From positions 2,186,835 to 2,250,834 of the forward strand of contig CM082597.2 in assembly GCA_040954595.2 (NCBI GenBank): a stretch of 64,000 nucleotides of DNA, given 5' to 3'. This stretch comes from Balanoglossus misakiensis. Its lineage: Eukaryota; Animalia; Hemichordata. Below the pieces are notes generated by a model, which was not told the origin of the DNA, searched no databases, and saw only the letters and a program-made list of their open reading frames with translations. Shown here in pieces: positions 62,590 through 64,000 of the stretch (position 1 is the stretch's first letter; each line of letters begins with the position of its first letter). The position numbers were made by a program, and so were the translations under genes.

Positions 62590-64000
62590 TGTTCGACGGA
62601 GAATCTCGGATCCCTCGCGTTAAATAAAAAAAGTTCGTGATGAGGCCACACGCTAAACTACGGTACCGGTACCGGTGGGGCACCCGAAGCGTCCACCATG
62701 AATTTGGGGGTCGGTCACTCGACAATTTGGTGCGTCTGGGGCGATCAAAGAATATCTTGGCAGACGATGTCCTGACGTGTTTTGCTCGGAATTTGTTGAC
62801 GCTTGAGGGGATTGGAACCCAGCTAAGTGGAAACTGGCCCACAGCCGACGATCTCTGGAGGTACGCGTTGAAACTTCTACACAAAATGAAACGGTAAAAC
62901 GCTAATGCATCTATGCGTGAAAAATCGTTCGCTCCAACATGCGTCCGAATGAATGAAAGCGGGTTGGGCTCACTTTATTATTCCATAGGGGTGTCTCCCT
63001 CCGTAGAAGAGGTGGTCCAGTGCGAATACTGCTGAATTTACTTGGACTAGTGAACCCTGAACTCACCAATTTTGTCTAATCTCATCACAAGAAGGCTTAT
63101 TAAAAGAAATTTCACGAAATTCGTTTAATATATAACTTTTTTCCACTCGATTTTGACGTAAATTGGCCCAAGTTCTTCACCTATAAAGTGCTTTCACACG
63201 TCCCATATACGACAAACAGTCCCCGTTTTACCGGATGTGTTAAAAGGTCTGCTCATGCGCAATGAGTGGATTTAGTCGGACTGCCCCAAAGGGCTTCGCT
63301 GCCTGATTGTCCTCGGGACACCTGGAGACGGTCCAGGACACGGGACGAACTCCAAAAGCGTGCACAAACATGAACAACTTCATAAAAAGGATAAATATCT
63401 CCGAAGGTCGCAAAAACCAATCGTCCGATGGCTTTGTGCATCTGACGCGAAACGGTTCATCTTCGTACGAGGCCAGAGGCACAGAAGGCAGGCACAAAAG
63501 CCAACCGATTCACACCTTTTACATTAACACTTCGACTGTGTATGCATCCAAGTTTTAATACCCTACGAAATTCATTTACACTGAATTTTAAATACAGACC
63601 AATCAAAATTCCCCTTTGTCACGATAAACTCCAACTAAAGCATTGAATTCTCCAAAAACCACGTTTCTTAGAAACTTAGATTTTAGTCCTCATACTTCGA
63701 ACAGTTTCGTTCTCATCGCGTCAGCACTTTTAATAAGTACATTTGAAATTTTTGTTCCACGTTTCAAAGGGATATTTCTATTTCAACAAACGTGAAATTC
63801 GTCACATTACTTCATGCTGGTGTTACAGTCAACGCGCTAACTGACCCCGTGACCGTTACGTCATCAGCGATCATTTGGGTTGCAACAGTTATTTTCTGAA
63901 ACGGGAGCAAAAAAACTGTTCGAGATCAACCCCCGCCGTGAACCATCGAAGAAGTTTGCGTTACTTCTCATCAACGCTTGTTGCACCAAAAATTCCTTAT

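Overview
This is intron-rich animal (invertebrate-type) genomic DNA, not a prokaryotic locus; the species cannot be fixed from the sequence. I reconstructed four spliced genes by hand. All junctions are GT-AG and all phases are consistent. (1) A minus-strand, signal-peptide-bearing scavenger receptor gene with at least 8 group A SRCR domains. It starts at ATG 13272 and runs off the left edge, and every domain is split over two exons. (2-4) A compact cluster of three paralogous Ovo/Ovol/shavenbaby-family C2H2 zinc-finger genes: ovo-A (+, 28129-36254), ovo-B (+, 44989-49864) and ovo-C (-, 62589-53160). Each begins with its own SNAG-type first exon (MPKAFLIKK, MPRVFLVRK, MPKLFLLRK). The ovo-C first exon is absent from the ORF track. 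All three end in a coding exon of exactly 293 nt and keep the same ZF2/ZF3 recognition residues. Three points stand out: the triple-ovo cluster itself, dense Ovo-type CCGTTA sites around the ovo-A and ovo-B 5' ends (possible auto/cross-regulation), and an unusually extended miR-141/200a-complementary site in the presumed ovo-C 3' UTR. The rest is introns and intergenic DNA with non-autonomous TIR elements, local duplications and microsatellites.
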